Positions 15,042 through 24,827 of a stretch of DNA of 64,000 nt are shown here, piece by piece. The stretch is from Planctomycetota bacterium (GTDB lineage Bacteria; Planctomycetota; UBA1135; UBA2386). The notes beneath the pieces were generated by a model. It was not told the DNA's origin, made no database searches, and was given only the letters and a program-made list of their open reading frames with translations. The translations under genes and the position numbers were made by a program. Each line of letters opens with the position of its first letter. Position 1 is the first letter of the stretch. The stretch spans positions 2,016,001 to 2,080,000 of the forward strand of contig JBKAGP010000001.1 in assembly GCA_046290465.1 (NCBI GenBank). Direction: 5' to 3'.

Positions 15042-15779
15042 GTGTCAGCAAGAGTCCCCGATCATCCCAGGCTGACGTTCGCATCAGCGAATTGGTCGCA
15101 GGTGGCCCGGGAGTTACCCTCCCCGGCGGACCTATCCGCCCGTGGCACCGGAGCATGCGTCACCGATCACCGCAGTTCGTGGGTGCGGGAGGTGGCGGCG
15201 GGGCGCACTCGGTTGTTCGTAAAAACATACGATTACCCGGGTTGGCGAGACCGAACCGGCAACTGGGGTAAGTGGACGGCGCCCTGGCGTCGATCGCGAG
15301 CCGCGCGCGAATGCGCCGCCTTCCGGTGGCTCGCTCGGCACGGTTTCCCGACGCCAGGAGAATACGCCTGCTTCGAGTGGCGCACGCTCGGCTTCGTCCG
15401 CCGGGCGTCGCTGGTGACGACGGCGGTGGCCGGAACGCCGGCCGACCGCTGGCTCGCTGCCGCCGACGAGCCGGAGCGGCGGCGACTCGCTGCGCGCATC
15501 GGACGATTTGTCCGCGACCTGCACGAGCGCGGCTTCCGCGACCGCAACCTCGACCTGCGCAACCTGATCGTCGACGGCGACCGGATCACCAAGATCGACT
15601 CGCCGCGCCACCGCGTCGTCGCCGTCGGCAACCCGGACGACGCGCGTGCCGAGGCCGACTGGCAGCGGCTGCTGCCGCAGTTCGACGCGGACCTGCGCGC
15701 GCTGGTGCGGCCGCCGGCCCGAAGAGACGAACGTGCGGACGAGGCCGGGGGCGAAGGGGCCGTCGACCGCGAGGACTAG
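15042..15779 (+). CDS. Kdo/WaaP (LPS kinase)-family protein
   Basis: LFVKTY, SRAARE, GFPTP, LVT, DLHERG..NL.LRNLIV, KIDSP kinase-fold motifs; start uncertain. Confidence 0.72.
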   Translation: MSARVPDHPRLTFASANWSQVARELPSPADLSARGTGACVTDHRSSWVREVAAGRTRLFVKTYDYPGWRDRTGNWGKWTAPWRRSRAARECAAFRWLARHGFPTPGEYACFEWRTLGFVRRASLVTTAVAGTPADRWLAAADEPERRRLAARIGRFVRDLHERGFRDRNLDLRNLIVDGDRITKIDSPRHRVVAVGNPDDARAEADWQRLLPQFDADLRALVRPPARRDERADEAGGEGAVDRED

Positions 15780-16867
15780 TCCTCGGGCCAGCGCAGGTCG
15801 TCGATCGTCGGCGCGCGTTCGGGACCGGCGCCGAGCAGGTCGGCGATGCGGCCCAGCCGATACGGCACCGCCCACGTCCGTTCGAACTGCTCGTGGCCGT
15901 CGCTCGGTTCGGTCGTCGCCAAGAACATCCGGAACGCCGCGCGCGCCCGCGGCCAGTAGCGGCGCTTGTCCTCGTCGGTCTTCGGCACGATCTCGTAGTA
16001 GAGCAGGCCGATGTTCAGCGCCGCGCGCGCCGTCTGCGGCGCGTCGACCAGCACGCCGATGTACTCCTCGACCGCCGAGCGCGGCACCCCGCGCCGCCAG
16101 ATCGCCGCGGCGAGGTCCATGCGCAGCGCGATCGACCGGTCGCCGTTGGACTGCAGGCGCTTGATCCAGTCCATCGCCTCGTCGACGCGGCCGAGCTTGT
16201 AGAGCAGCAGCGTCACGAACTCACGCGCGGCCTCGGTGTCGGCCGGACGCGCCCGCAGGTAGGTCCGGTAGTCGATCGCCGACTCCTCGTTGCGACCGAG
16301 TTCGGCCAGCACCTGCGCCCGCTCCAACCGCGCCTCGGCCAGCTCCGCGTCGCGCCCCACCGCCCGTTCGAAGTCACCGAGCGCCTCGGACAACCGACCC
16401 TGGCCACGGTTGACGCGACCGAGCGACAGGTGCGCCCACGCAAACCCCGGGTGCCCCGACAGGATCTTCTGCAGGTCGTTGGCCTGCGCATAGGCGGTCT
16501 CGGCGAGCCGCGCGCGCAGGTAGGCCGGCACCGGCGAACGGCGGTCCTCGGCCTTGCTGTAGAACGCGACCATGCGCTGTTCGACGTCGCCACCGGCCCG
16601 CCGCGCCGCGTCCTGGTAGGCGAGGTGCGCGCGCACCAGGTCCGGACAGCGTGCCGCGACCCGCTCGAGCAGCGGCAGCGCCCGCTGGTCGTCGCCCTTC
16701 TGCAGCGCCGTCCGCGCGTCCTGCCACGCCGCCAGGCTCTCGGGGTCGTCGCAGCCGTCGACCGGCACGCCGGTTCCCGAACCGCCGGAACCGCCGCCGA
16801 ACAGCTCACAGCCGGCCGCCACGACGGCGACCGAGCACACCAGCAGCACGCGCGTGATCGCCCGCAT
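15776..16867 (-). CDS. TPR-repeat lipoprotein
   Basis: Signal ending AAGC (lipobox); TPR patterns such as AWAHLSLGRVNRGQGRLSEALGDFERA. Confidence 0.85.
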   Translation of the reverse strand: MRAITRVLLVCSVAVVAAGCELFGGGSGGSGTGVPVDGCDDPESLAAWQDARTALQKGDDQRALPLLERVAARCPDLVRAHLAYQDAARRAGGDVEQRMVAFYSKAEDRRSPVPAYLRARLAETAYAQANDLQKILSGHPGFAWAHLSLGRVNRGQGRLSEALGDFERAVGRDAELAEARLERAQVLAELGRNEESAIDYRTYLRARPADTEAAREFVTLLLYKLGRVDEAMDWIKRLQSNGDRSIALRMDLAAAIWRRGVPRSAVEEYIGVLVDAPQTARAALNIGLLYYEIVPKTDEDKRRYWPRARAAFRMFLATTEPSDGHEQFERTWAVPYRLGRIADLLGAGPERAPTIDDLRWPED

Positions 16868-16869
16868 CC

Positions 16870-17406
16870 CTACTTCATCACCCCGTCGACGATCGAGAAC
16901 GAGCGCACGTCGCGCGGCTTGGCGCCGGCCTCCTGCACCATCAGGATCGGCCCCTTCGCCTCCGCCGACAGCGCCATCTCGCCGCGCTCGCGCACCCGCA
17001 GCGTGAACTGGTTCATCACCTTGAAGGTCGTGCGCGGCCCCGGCTTCCTGGCCACCTCGGTCGGATCGGCCGGCTCGCCGATCGTCACCGTGAACCAGCC
17101 GTCGCTGGTGCCGGTCAGGTTGGTCCAGACCTTCTCGACCTGCGCCGTCTTCTCGACGCGCTCGAACCGATGCCGCTTCGGATCGACGCCCGGATTGCTG
17201 ACGTGCCGGTGGAAGTTCGGCGTCACCTCGACGATCAGCTCGTTGCACGCCACGGTCCGTTCCTGCAGGTACGGCATCAGCAGCTGGCGCTCGGCGAGCT
17301 GCGCCTTCTCGTCCGAGACCGGCGTCGACGCGCACCCGGCGAACAGCAACATGGCGACGGCCGGAACGGCGATGCGGCCGGGCCGCGCGGTGGTCTGCAT
17401 GGTCAT
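16870..17406 (-). CDS. Hypothetical lipoprotein
   Basis: MTMQTTARPGRIAVPAVAMLLFAGC lipobox; GGAGGGAG RBS; 2 nt upstream of the TPR gene. Confidence 0.75.
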   Translation of the reverse strand: MTMQTTARPGRIAVPAVAMLLFAGCASTPVSDEKAQLAERQLLMPYLQERTVACNELIVEVTPNFHRHVSNPGVDPKRHRFERVEKTAQVEKVWTNLTGTSDGWFTVTIGEPADPTEVARKPGPRTTFKVMNQFTLRVRERGEMALSAEAKGPILMVQEAGAKPRDVRSFSIVDGVMK

Positions 17407-17507
17407 CTGGCTCCCTCCGGTGGCGCGGGCCTGCGCGAGCACCGCGCCGGCCGACCACCGCCCCCGTTGTAGCGCCGCCCTGTGCCGAACGCGACCAGCA
17501 GGTCCGC

Positions 17508-19637
17508 TCAGAGCATGGCGCGCACGTCGACGGCGACGCTGCCATGCTCGTAGGCGAACACCGGGTTGATCTCCAGTTCGACGATCTCCGAGTTGCTGCG
17601 GGCGCACTCGGCGAGGCCCATGACCGCGTCGACGAGCCCCTCGAGGTCGACCGGGCGGCTGCCCCGGTGGCCGGTGAGCAGCTGCGCCGTCTTGATCTCG
17701 GACAGCATCGCGCGAACGTCCTCGCGCGTGACCGGGAGCAGCCGCATCGCGACGTCCTTGAGCACCTCGACCGCGACGCCCCCCATGCCGACCACCAGCA
17801 CGCCGCCGTACTGCGGATCGCGCTTGTAGCCGATCAGCAGTTCGGCGACCGGCTTGGGCAGCATCGGCAGCACCAGCACGCCGCGGATCTCCGGCTTCTG
17901 GCCGCGCGTCGCGCAGTAGGCGCGCACGCTCGTCTCGATCTCCTCGTAGACCTGCCGCGCCTCGCTGGTCTTGACGCCGAGACGCACGCCGCCGGCATCG
18001 GTCTTGTGCGACACCGACGCGGCGACGACCTTGAGGACCGCGGTGCCGCCGCACTCGGCGACCGCCTCCTCGACCTGCTCGGGCGTCTCGCAGACGGTGC
18101 CGGGCACGACCCGCACGCCGTAGCCTGCCACCAGCTCGCGCGCCTCGGTCTCGAGCAGCACCTTGCGCTCCTCGTCGCGAACGGCGCTGAGGCCCGCCCA
18201 CTTGCTGCTCGGCTTCGGCGGCGTGCCGCGGCGCTGGCTGAGGCGGCGACCGCGATGGAAGCACGCGGCGGCGCAGCGGCACGCGACCTCGAGCGAACGG
18301 ACCACCGGCACCCCGGCCTGGCGCAGCACGTCCAGCGGTTCGCTCGGCGCGTCCGCGTACAAGCTGTGCACGACCAGCGCCCGGTTGTGCTTGCGGCCGC
18401 ACTCGACCAGGGCCTGCGCCGCGGCGACCTCGCGGGCCAGCAGCTCGGCGGCGAACCGCCGGTGGTAGCCGCCGAACAGGCCGACGATCAGCACGGTGCC
18501 GACGTGGTCGTCCTCCATGATCGCCTCGACGCAGCGCGCGAACGCCATCGGATCGGCGTCGGCGCGGCCGGCGAGGTCCAGCGGGTTGCCGACCTCGCCG
18601 CCGACCTCGGCGCGCAGCGTCGCGACCGTCGGCGACGCGAGCTCGACCAGGTCGACCTGCAGGTTGTGCAGCGCGTCGGCGGCGAGCGTGCCGTGGCCAC
18701 CGCCGTCGGTGATCACCGCGAGGCCGCGGTAGCCGCCGCGGGTCGGCTGCGAGGCCAGCGTCTCGGCGACGTGGAACAGCTCGTCCGAGCGCCGCACGTG
18801 CTCGACGCCGGCGCTGCGCAGGCCGGCGCGGAACACCGGGTAGCTGCCCGCCAGCGCGCCGGTGTGCGAACGCGCGGCCGCCTTGCCGCGCACCGTGGCC
18901 CCGCCCTTCAGCAGGATCACCGGCTTCTTCATCGCGACCTCCTGCGCCACCTCGAGGAAGCGGCGGCCGGCGCGGAAGCCCTCGACGTACATCGCGATCG
19001 CGGTCGTGTTCGGTTCGTCGGCGAGGTAGCTCAGGTACTCGTCGAAGCGCAGGTCGGTCTCGTTGCCGACCCCGATCACCACCGAGAAGCCGACCCGCGA
19101 GCGCCGCATCGACTCGATCATGAACTGCAGCGAGACGTTTCCCGACTGCGACAGCAGCGCGATCCGACCGGCCGGAACGTCCGGCACGCCGATCAGGTTG
19201 AGGCCGAGGTGCGGGTTGAGGATGCCCGACGTGTTGGGGCCGACGATGCGCACGCCGGTGTCCGCCACCGCCTGGCGCAGCTGGTCCTCGAGCGCCAGGC
19301 CTTCGGGACCGCTCTCGCCGAAGCCGAGCGCCAGCACCACCGCCCCGGCGATGCCGCGCGCGCCGCACTCGCGGACCACGGCCGGCACCGACGCGGCCGG
19401 CGTGCACACCAGCGCCAGGTCGACGTCGCCCTCGATCTCGTCGAGCGAACGGACCATCGTCATCCCCAGGACCTCCCCGCCCTTGGGGTTCAAGGCGTGG
19501 ATGCGCCCCTTGTACGACGCCTGCTTGAGCGCCGCGATCGCCTGGTAGCCACGCTTCTCGGGGTTGGCAGAGGCGCCGACGACGACGACGCTCTGCGGGC
19601 TGAAGATCCGCGACAGCGCGGAGTCGGCATCACTCAT
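17508..19637 (-). CDS. Acetate/acyl-CoA ligase (ADP-forming), fused CoA-binding and ATP-grasp domains
   Basis: VVGASANPEKRG, RIVGPN, SQSG, SHTGALAG (phospho-His), HKTDAGGV, ELEINP. Confidence 0.93.
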   Translation of the reverse strand: MSDADSALSRIFSPQSVVVVGASANPEKRGYQAIAALKQASYKGRIHALNPKGGEVLGMTMVRSLDEIEGDVDLALVCTPAASVPAVVRECGARGIAGAVVLALGFGESGPEGLALEDQLRQAVADTGVRIVGPNTSGILNPHLGLNLIGVPDVPAGRIALLSQSGNVSLQFMIESMRRSRVGFSVVIGVGNETDLRFDEYLSYLADEPNTTAIAMYVEGFRAGRRFLEVAQEVAMKKPVILLKGGATVRGKAAARSHTGALAGSYPVFRAGLRSAGVEHVRRSDELFHVAETLASQPTRGGYRGLAVITDGGGHGTLAADALHNLQVDLVELASPTVATLRAEVGGEVGNPLDLAGRADADPMAFARCVEAIMEDDHVGTVLIVGLFGGYHRRFAAELLAREVAAAQALVECGRKHNRALVVHSLYADAPSEPLDVLRQAGVPVVRSLEVACRCAAACFHRGRRLSQRRGTPPKPSSKWAGLSAVRDEERKVLLETEARELVAGYGVRVVPGTVCETPEQVEEAVAECGGTAVLKVVAASVSHKTDAGGVRLGVKTSEARQVYEEIETSVRAYCATRGQKPEIRGVLVLPMLPKPVAELLIGYKRDPQYGGVLVVGMGGVAVEVLKDVAMRLLPVTREDVRAMLSEIKTAQLLTGHRGSRPVDLEGLVDAVMGLAECARSNSEIVELEINPVFAYEHGSVAVDVRAML

Positions 19638-20417
19638 TCATTCACCTCGGAAGACGGGCGCCCGCTTCTCGCGGAACGCGGCGAGACCTTCGTGCCAGTC
19701 GGCGCTGCCGATGCAGGACGCCAGCGCGTCGCGTTCGGCCCGCAGCAGCTCGGCGGTGCGCAGGTCGCGCGCCTGCCGCAGCAGCTGCTTGGCGAACGCG
19801 ATCGAGCGCGGCGCCTTCGCGGCCAGCTCGTCGGCCAGCGCCTCGGCGCGGCCGCCGACCTCGTCGGCCGGCGCGGCTTCGTTGCAGACGCCCCACGACG
19901 CGGCATCGGCGCCGCGGAAGAAGCGGCCGAGCAGCAGCAGTTCGCGGGCCCGCGTCATGCCGACGCGCTCGACCAGCGTGAAGGTCGTGCCACCGCCGAC
20001 GAACGTGCCGAGCACGAACTCGGGAAAGCGCAGCTTGGCCTCGTCGGCGACCACCGACAGGTCGCACGCCAGCGCCAGCTCGAGGCCCGCCCCGATCGCG
20101 TGGCCGTGCACCGCGGCGACGACCGGCTTGGGGCAGTCCATGATCGCGGCGGCGGCATCCTGGCCGTACTGCGCGTAGCGGCGCTTCTCCTCCTCGCTGC
20201 GCTCGGTGACGCCGTGGTCCTTCAGGTCGGCGCCGACGCAGAACGCGCGGCCGGCCCCGCGCAGCAGCACGACCCGGACCGAGGCGTCGGCCGCGGCGTC
20301 GGCGAGCGCGCGCACGAGCCCTTCGTAGAGCTCCTCGGTGACCGCGTTGAGGCGGTCGGGCCGGTTCATCGTCAACTCGCACCGGTCGCCATGTCTGGCG
20401 ACGAGGAGGTCTGGCAT
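19638..20417 (-). CDS. Enoyl-CoA hydratase/isomerase
   Basis: NRPDRLNA, AFCVGADL, AIGAGLELALACD, FPE, AFREKRAPVF. Confidence 0.93.
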   Translation of the reverse strand: MPDLLVARHGDRCELTMNRPDRLNAVTEELYEGLVRALADAAADASVRVVLLRGAGRAFCVGADLKDHGVTERSEEEKRRYAQYGQDAAAAIMDCPKPVVAAVHGHAIGAGLELALACDLSVVADEAKLRFPEFVLGTFVGGGTTFTLVERVGMTRARELLLLGRFFRGADAASWGVCNEAAPADEVGGRAEALADELAAKAPRSIAFAKQLLRQARDLRTAELLRAERDALASCIGSADWHEGLAAFREKRAPVFRGE

Positions 20418-20577
20418 GCACGGAATCGTTCCGGGTGCGACGCGCGGCGGCAACGTTCGTATCGCCACGACGCCAACTTTTGCGACACGCGCCTCGCCTC
20501 TGTGCGCTGGTCGCGGGCCGTCGACGATTCTCCGCGTGCGGAGCCGCACCTTCTCTGGCATCCTCCCATCCCACTGC

Positions 20578-22011
20578 ATGGCGCGCACGAGCCGGAACCT
20601 GACCGCAGCCCTGCTGCTCCTGCTGAGCGCGGGCTGCTCGATGATGCCGCGCGAACTCAACCTGACCCCGGTCTGGTTCCACCGCCTCGACGCCGAGGGC
20701 AACCTGCTCGAATGGGACGCCGCCTGGCCGATCCTGCACTACGAGCGCACGCCCGAGGGCGGTGACGACTTCCGGGTGCGGCCGCTGTATCGCCGCGTCA
20801 CCCACCCGGTCGAGGAACTGCCGCAGGACTCGTCGGTCGACCACCAGTTCGTCTGGCCGTTCGGCCGCGTGCAGAGCTACCCCGACCAGACCCACGCCCG
20901 GCTGTTCCCGCTGTTCTCGTGGCGCACGGCCTACGACGAGGAGGGCCGCGCCGACACCGACTGGTATGCGCTGTTCCCGCTGCTGTGGGGCGGCAGCGGC
21001 GGCGGCGGCGAGGACTACTTCGCGTTCTTCCCGTTCTACGCCGACATCCCCGAGTTCCTCAGCTACCGGCGCTTCCGCACGGTGCTGTTCCCGCTGTGGG
21101 TCGGCCTCGAAAAGCGGGACCACCACCACCAGCTCGTGCTGTGGCCGCTGATCGGCTGGAGCGACTGCGAGGGCGGCCACAGCTGGTTCCGGATCCTGCC
21201 GTTCTACGGCCACGACATCGAGCGCGGCCGCCACGAACGTCGCTTCGCGCTGTGGCCGTTCGTGTCGTGGGGCCAGGAGAACCAGGACGCGCGCTCGGGC
21301 CCGGTCGACACGTTCTTCCTGTTCCCGTTCTTCGGCTGGCGCAGCGGCCCCGAGGTCACCGGCTGGACGGCGCTGTGGCCGTTCTTCAGCGCCACCAGCC
21401 TGCGCGACGACTTCTTCGTGCTGAACCTGTTCTGGCCGTTCTACCGCTACTACTGGAACCGCCTCGAGGACAACGTCACGACCTGGTGGATCTGGCCGTT
21501 CTTCAGCCGGACCGTCAGCGACGACCAGCGCGGCTGGACGGCGCTGTGGCCGCTGCTGTGGTGGCGCGAGTTCGACAACCCCGAAGGCCAGAGCCGCTAC
21601 CAGCACGTCGTGCCGTTCTACACGCGCGTCGCCGAGGACTACGAGGACGGCCGTTCGCGCCGCTACCTGCGCTTCTGGCCGCTCGCGCACCACGACTACC
21701 AGTACGACGCCGACGGGGCCCCGACCCGCGGCGAGTGGAGCGTGCTGTCGCCGCTCTGGGGGCGTGAGACGCTGACCAACGGCTTGCAGGAGGCCTACGG
21801 GCCGTTCTGGGAGCTGGCCCGCGGCGTCACCCGCAGCAAGGACGACCACGCCGTCGACGTGCTCGGCCGCGTCTACACGCATCGCACCCGCGCAGACGGC
21901 ACCACGGCCAGCGTGCCGCTGCTGTTCAACTACGAAGAAGACGAGGCTGGCGCGCGCACGCTGCGGCTGTTCCAGTTCCTGCCGATCCCGCTCGGGGGAG
22001 GCGACGAATGA
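20578..22011 (+). CDS. Lipoprotein with about 20 aromatic-Pro-aromatic repeats, first gene of the MCE operon
   Basis: LLLSAGC lipobox; recurring LWPF/LFPL/FFPF motifs about every 17-22 aa; stop overlaps the mlaE start (ATGA). Confidence 0.85.
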   Translation: MARTSRNLTAALLLLLSAGCSMMPRELNLTPVWFHRLDAEGNLLEWDAAWPILHYERTPEGGDDFRVRPLYRRVTHPVEELPQDSSVDHQFVWPFGRVQSYPDQTHARLFPLFSWRTAYDEEGRADTDWYALFPLLWGGSGGGGEDYFAFFPFYADIPEFLSYRRFRTVLFPLWVGLEKRDHHHQLVLWPLIGWSDCEGGHSWFRILPFYGHDIERGRHERRFALWPFVSWGQENQDARSGPVDTFFLFPFFGWRSGPEVTGWTALWPFFSATSLRDDFFVLNLFWPFYRYYWNRLEDNVTTWWIWPFFSRTVSDDQRGWTALWPLLWWREFDNPEGQSRYQHVVPFYTRVAEDYEDGRSRRYLRFWPLAHHDYQYDADGAPTRGEWSVLSPLWGRETLTNGLQEAYGPFWELARGVTRSKDDHAVDVLGRVYTHRTRADGTTASVPLLFNYEEDEAGARTLRLFQFLPIPLGGGDE

Positions 22012-22802
22012 ACCCGCTGGCCGCGACCACACGACTGCTCTCGGAGCGCACCGAAGGTGCCGGCTACGTCGTCAACCTGCTGCTGCGCACGTTCCTGGCG
22101 CTGCCGCGCGTGCACCGGCGGCTGCGCTTCCTGCTCGACAACGCCTTCAACGCGGGCGTGCGGGCGCTGCCGGTGACGGTGATCGTCGCGGCGTTCGCCG
22201 GCGCGATCCTGGCGATGCAGACCGGCATCGAACTGCGTCGCTTCGGCGACACCGCGGTGCTCGGCACGATCACGGCGCTGTCGATGTGCCGCGAGATGGG
22301 ACCGTTCATCACCGGCGTGATCCTCGCCGCGACGGTCGGCTCGGCGATCGCCGCCGAACTCGGCACGATGAAGGTCTCGGACGAGATCGACGCGCTCGAG
22401 GTGATGTCGATCGACCCGGTCGACTACCTGGTGTTGCCGCGCGTATTGGCGATGGCCGTGATGTGCCCGACGCTGACCGTGCTGTCCAACCTGATCGGCA
22501 TCTACGGCGGCAGCGTCATCGCCGAGCAGAACCTCGGCGTCACCCCCGACCTCTACTGGATCAGCGCGGTCGAGGCGCTGACCTCGTCGGGAACGATCCT
22601 GCCCAAGGAGGTCTACGTCGGCCTGCTGAAGTCGTTCGTGTTCGGCGTGACGATCGCGACGGTCAGCTGCGCTGCCGGCCTCAAGGCGCGCGGCGGCGCG
22701 CTCGGCGTCGGCCTCGCCGTGCAGACCGCCGTGCGCAACTCGGTGATCCTGATCATCGTGCTCGGCTTCGTCGTCACCTGGTTCTTCTACTTCCTGGCCT
22801 GA
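22008..22802 (+). CDS. mlaE: MlaE-family ABC permease
   Basis: REMGPFITG, GSAIAAELGTMKVSDEIDALEVMSIDPVDYLVLPR. Confidence 0.95.
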   Translation: MNPLAATTRLLSERTEGAGYVVNLLLRTFLALPRVHRRLRFLLDNAFNAGVRALPVTVIVAAFAGAILAMQTGIELRRFGDTAVLGTITALSMCREMGPFITGVILAATVGSAIAAELGTMKVSDEIDALEVMSIDPVDYLVLPRVLAMAVMCPTLTVLSNLIGIYGGSVIAEQNLGVTPDLYWISAVEALTSSGTILPKEVYVGLLKSFVFGVTIATVSCAAGLKARGGALGVGLAVQTAVRNSVILIIVLGFVVTWFFYFLA

Positions 22803-22815
22803 CCGTCCCGCCCCG

Positions 22816-23544
22816 ATGATCGAACTCGAGAACGTGCACAAGCGCCTCGGCGAACGGGACATCCTCAAGGGCCTGACGCTGCAGATCCCCAAAGGCGTCA
22901 ACTTCGTGCTGATGGGCCCGTCGGGCACCGGCAAGTCGGTCACGCTCAAGCACGTGATCGGCATCTTCAAGCCGGACCAGGGCAGCGTGCTGGTCGACGG
23001 CCAGGACGTGCCGGCGATGGACAACAAGCAGCTGATGGCGCTGCGCAAGCGCATGGGCTACCTGTTCCAGAACGGTGCGCTGATCAACTGGCTGAGCGTC
23101 GAGGACAACGTCGCGCTGCCGCTCCGGGAACACAGCCGCCTGCCGAAGGCCGAGCTGCAGGACCGCGTGCACGAGGTGCTCAAGCTGGTCGGCATGGACC
23201 ACGCCGCCAGGCAAGGCCCGCCGGACATCTCCGGCGGCATGAAGCTGCGCGCCGGCCTCGCGCGCGCGCTCGTGACCAACCCCGAGTACGTGCTCTACGA
23301 CGAGCCCAACGCCGGCCTCGACCCGATCATCAGCCAGCAGATCCACGAACTGATCGCCGAGGTCCGCGACCGCCTGTCGGTCACCGGTCTGATCGTCACG
23401 CACTCGCGCGCCTGCGCGACCCAGTGCGGCGACCGCATCGGCATCCTCGAGGACGGCAAGATCGGCATCGAGGGCAGCGTCGACGAGATCGTCGCGAGCG
23501 ACCACCCGCTGGCGCGCGCCTTCATGGGCGAAGGCTCGGACTGA
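22816..23544 (+). CDS. mlaF: MlaF-family ABC ATPase
   Basis: GPSGTGKS, LFQNGAL, ISGGM, YDEP.AGLDP, VTH. Confidence 0.94.
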   Translation: MIELENVHKRLGERDILKGLTLQIPKGVNFVLMGPSGTGKSVTLKHVIGIFKPDQGSVLVDGQDVPAMDNKQLMALRKRMGYLFQNGALINWLSVEDNVALPLREHSRLPKAELQDRVHEVLKLVGMDHAARQGPPDISGGMKLRAGLARALVTNPEYVLYDEPNAGLDPIISQQIHELIAEVRDRLSVTGLIVTHSRACATQCGDRIGILEDGKIGIEGSVDEIVASDHPLARAFMGEGSD

Positions 23545-23577
23545 CCCAAGGCACCCACCGGCACCAAGGAACGGACC

Positions 23578-24825
23578 ATGGACCGCATCAAACGCGACAC
23601 GCTGCTCGGCGTCGTATTCTTCGGCACGCTCGGCTTCCTGCTGTGGGCGACGGTCAACCTGACGGACCTGTCGCTCAACCAGGAGCTGGTCGTCTACTTC
23701 CCGCAGGCGGGCAGCGTCGACGTCGGCACCAACGTGATGGTGCTCGGCAAGAAGGTCGGCAAGGTCGGCGCGATCGACATCGACTACGCGCGCGAGGACA
23801 CGCCGGTGCGGATGGCGCTGCTGCTGCGCGAGGAGATCCCGCTGAAGGACGGCCACCTGATCGAGGTGCGCGACGCCGGCGTGCTCGGCGGCAAGCAGGT
23901 CTACATCGACCCCGGCAAGGGGGCGCGTTCGCCGGCCGAAGCCGAGCTGCTCGGCCAGGTCGCCGGCAGCGCCTTCGACAAGCTCGGCGACATCGCCGAC
24001 GGCAAGGGCGCGGTCGGTGAGCAGCTCGAACTGTCGCTGAAGGAGATCGGCGACTTCTTCCGCAACATGAACGACGAGGAGACCTCGATCGGGCGTCTGG
24101 TCAAGCGCCGCGAGCTCTACGACTCGGTGCTCAACGCGTCCGAGAACCTCAACCGCATCCTCGAGGCGGTCGTCAACGCCGAGGGCGCGGTCGGTGCGCT
24201 GATCATGAACAAGCAGACCGCCGACGACACCACGGCGCTGCTGGCCAACCTGCGCACGGTCAGCGACCGCCTGCTGACGACCGACGGCCCGCTCGGCGTG
24301 CTGCTCAACGACCAGGAGACCGCGCGCGACGTGCAGGGCATCCTCGACAACCTCGACCAGCTGGTCGCCGACGCCAAGATGGGCAAGGGCATCCTCGGCC
24401 GCATCCTGCAGGACCAGGAGCTCGCCGACGAGTTCGGCAGCGTGGTGCACAACCTCGACGACCTGCTGGCCAAGGCCAACGACCCCGACGCCGGCGCGCT
24501 CGGCGCGCTCACCAGCGACCCGCAGACCGCCGCCGACCTGAAGGCCACGATCGCGAACCTGCGCATGGTCAGCGACCAGCTCACCCAGCAGAAGGGCCTG
24601 ATCGGCGCGCTGATCAACGACGAGGACCTGACCATCCGCTTCCGACGGATCCTCAACCAGGTCTCGCGGGCGATCGAGGACGCGCGCGAAGCGGCGCCGA
24701 TCAGCAACTTCGTGCAGGTGCTGCTGGGCACGTTCTCGCGCCGCCGCAACCCTCTGCAGAAGAACGCCTTGCCGCCGCCTGACCGCGGTCCGCACACACG
24801 ATCTTCACGGCAAGTTTATCTGTGA
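23578..24825 (+). CDS. mlaD: MCE/MlaD-family protein with long C-terminal helical repeats
   Basis: N-terminal TM, MCE domain (V.VLGKKVGKV...GVLGGKQVYIDPG), six G-x-[LIV]-G-x-[LI] repeats. Confidence 0.9.
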   Translation: MDRIKRDTLLGVVFFGTLGFLLWATVNLTDLSLNQELVVYFPQAGSVDVGTNVMVLGKKVGKVGAIDIDYAREDTPVRMALLLREEIPLKDGHLIEVRDAGVLGGKQVYIDPGKGARSPAEAELLGQVAGSAFDKLGDIADGKGAVGEQLELSLKEIGDFFRNMNDEETSIGRLVKRRELYDSVLNASENLNRILEAVVNAEGAVGALIMNKQTADDTTALLANLRTVSDRLLTTDGPLGVLLNDQETARDVQGILDNLDQLVADAKMGKGILGRILQDQELADEFGSVVHNLDDLLAKANDPDAGALGALTSDPQTAADLKATIANLRMVSDQLTQQKGLIGALINDEDLTIRFRRILNQVSRAIEDAREAAPISNFVQVLLGTFSRRRNPLQKNALPPPDRGPHTRSSRQVYL

Positions 24826-24827
24826 CT

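Noticed and set aside
17544..20765. 1073-aa plus-strand ORF
   Set aside because: Antisense to the acyl-CoA ligase and enoyl-CoA hydratase; Arg/Ala-rich and motif-less.
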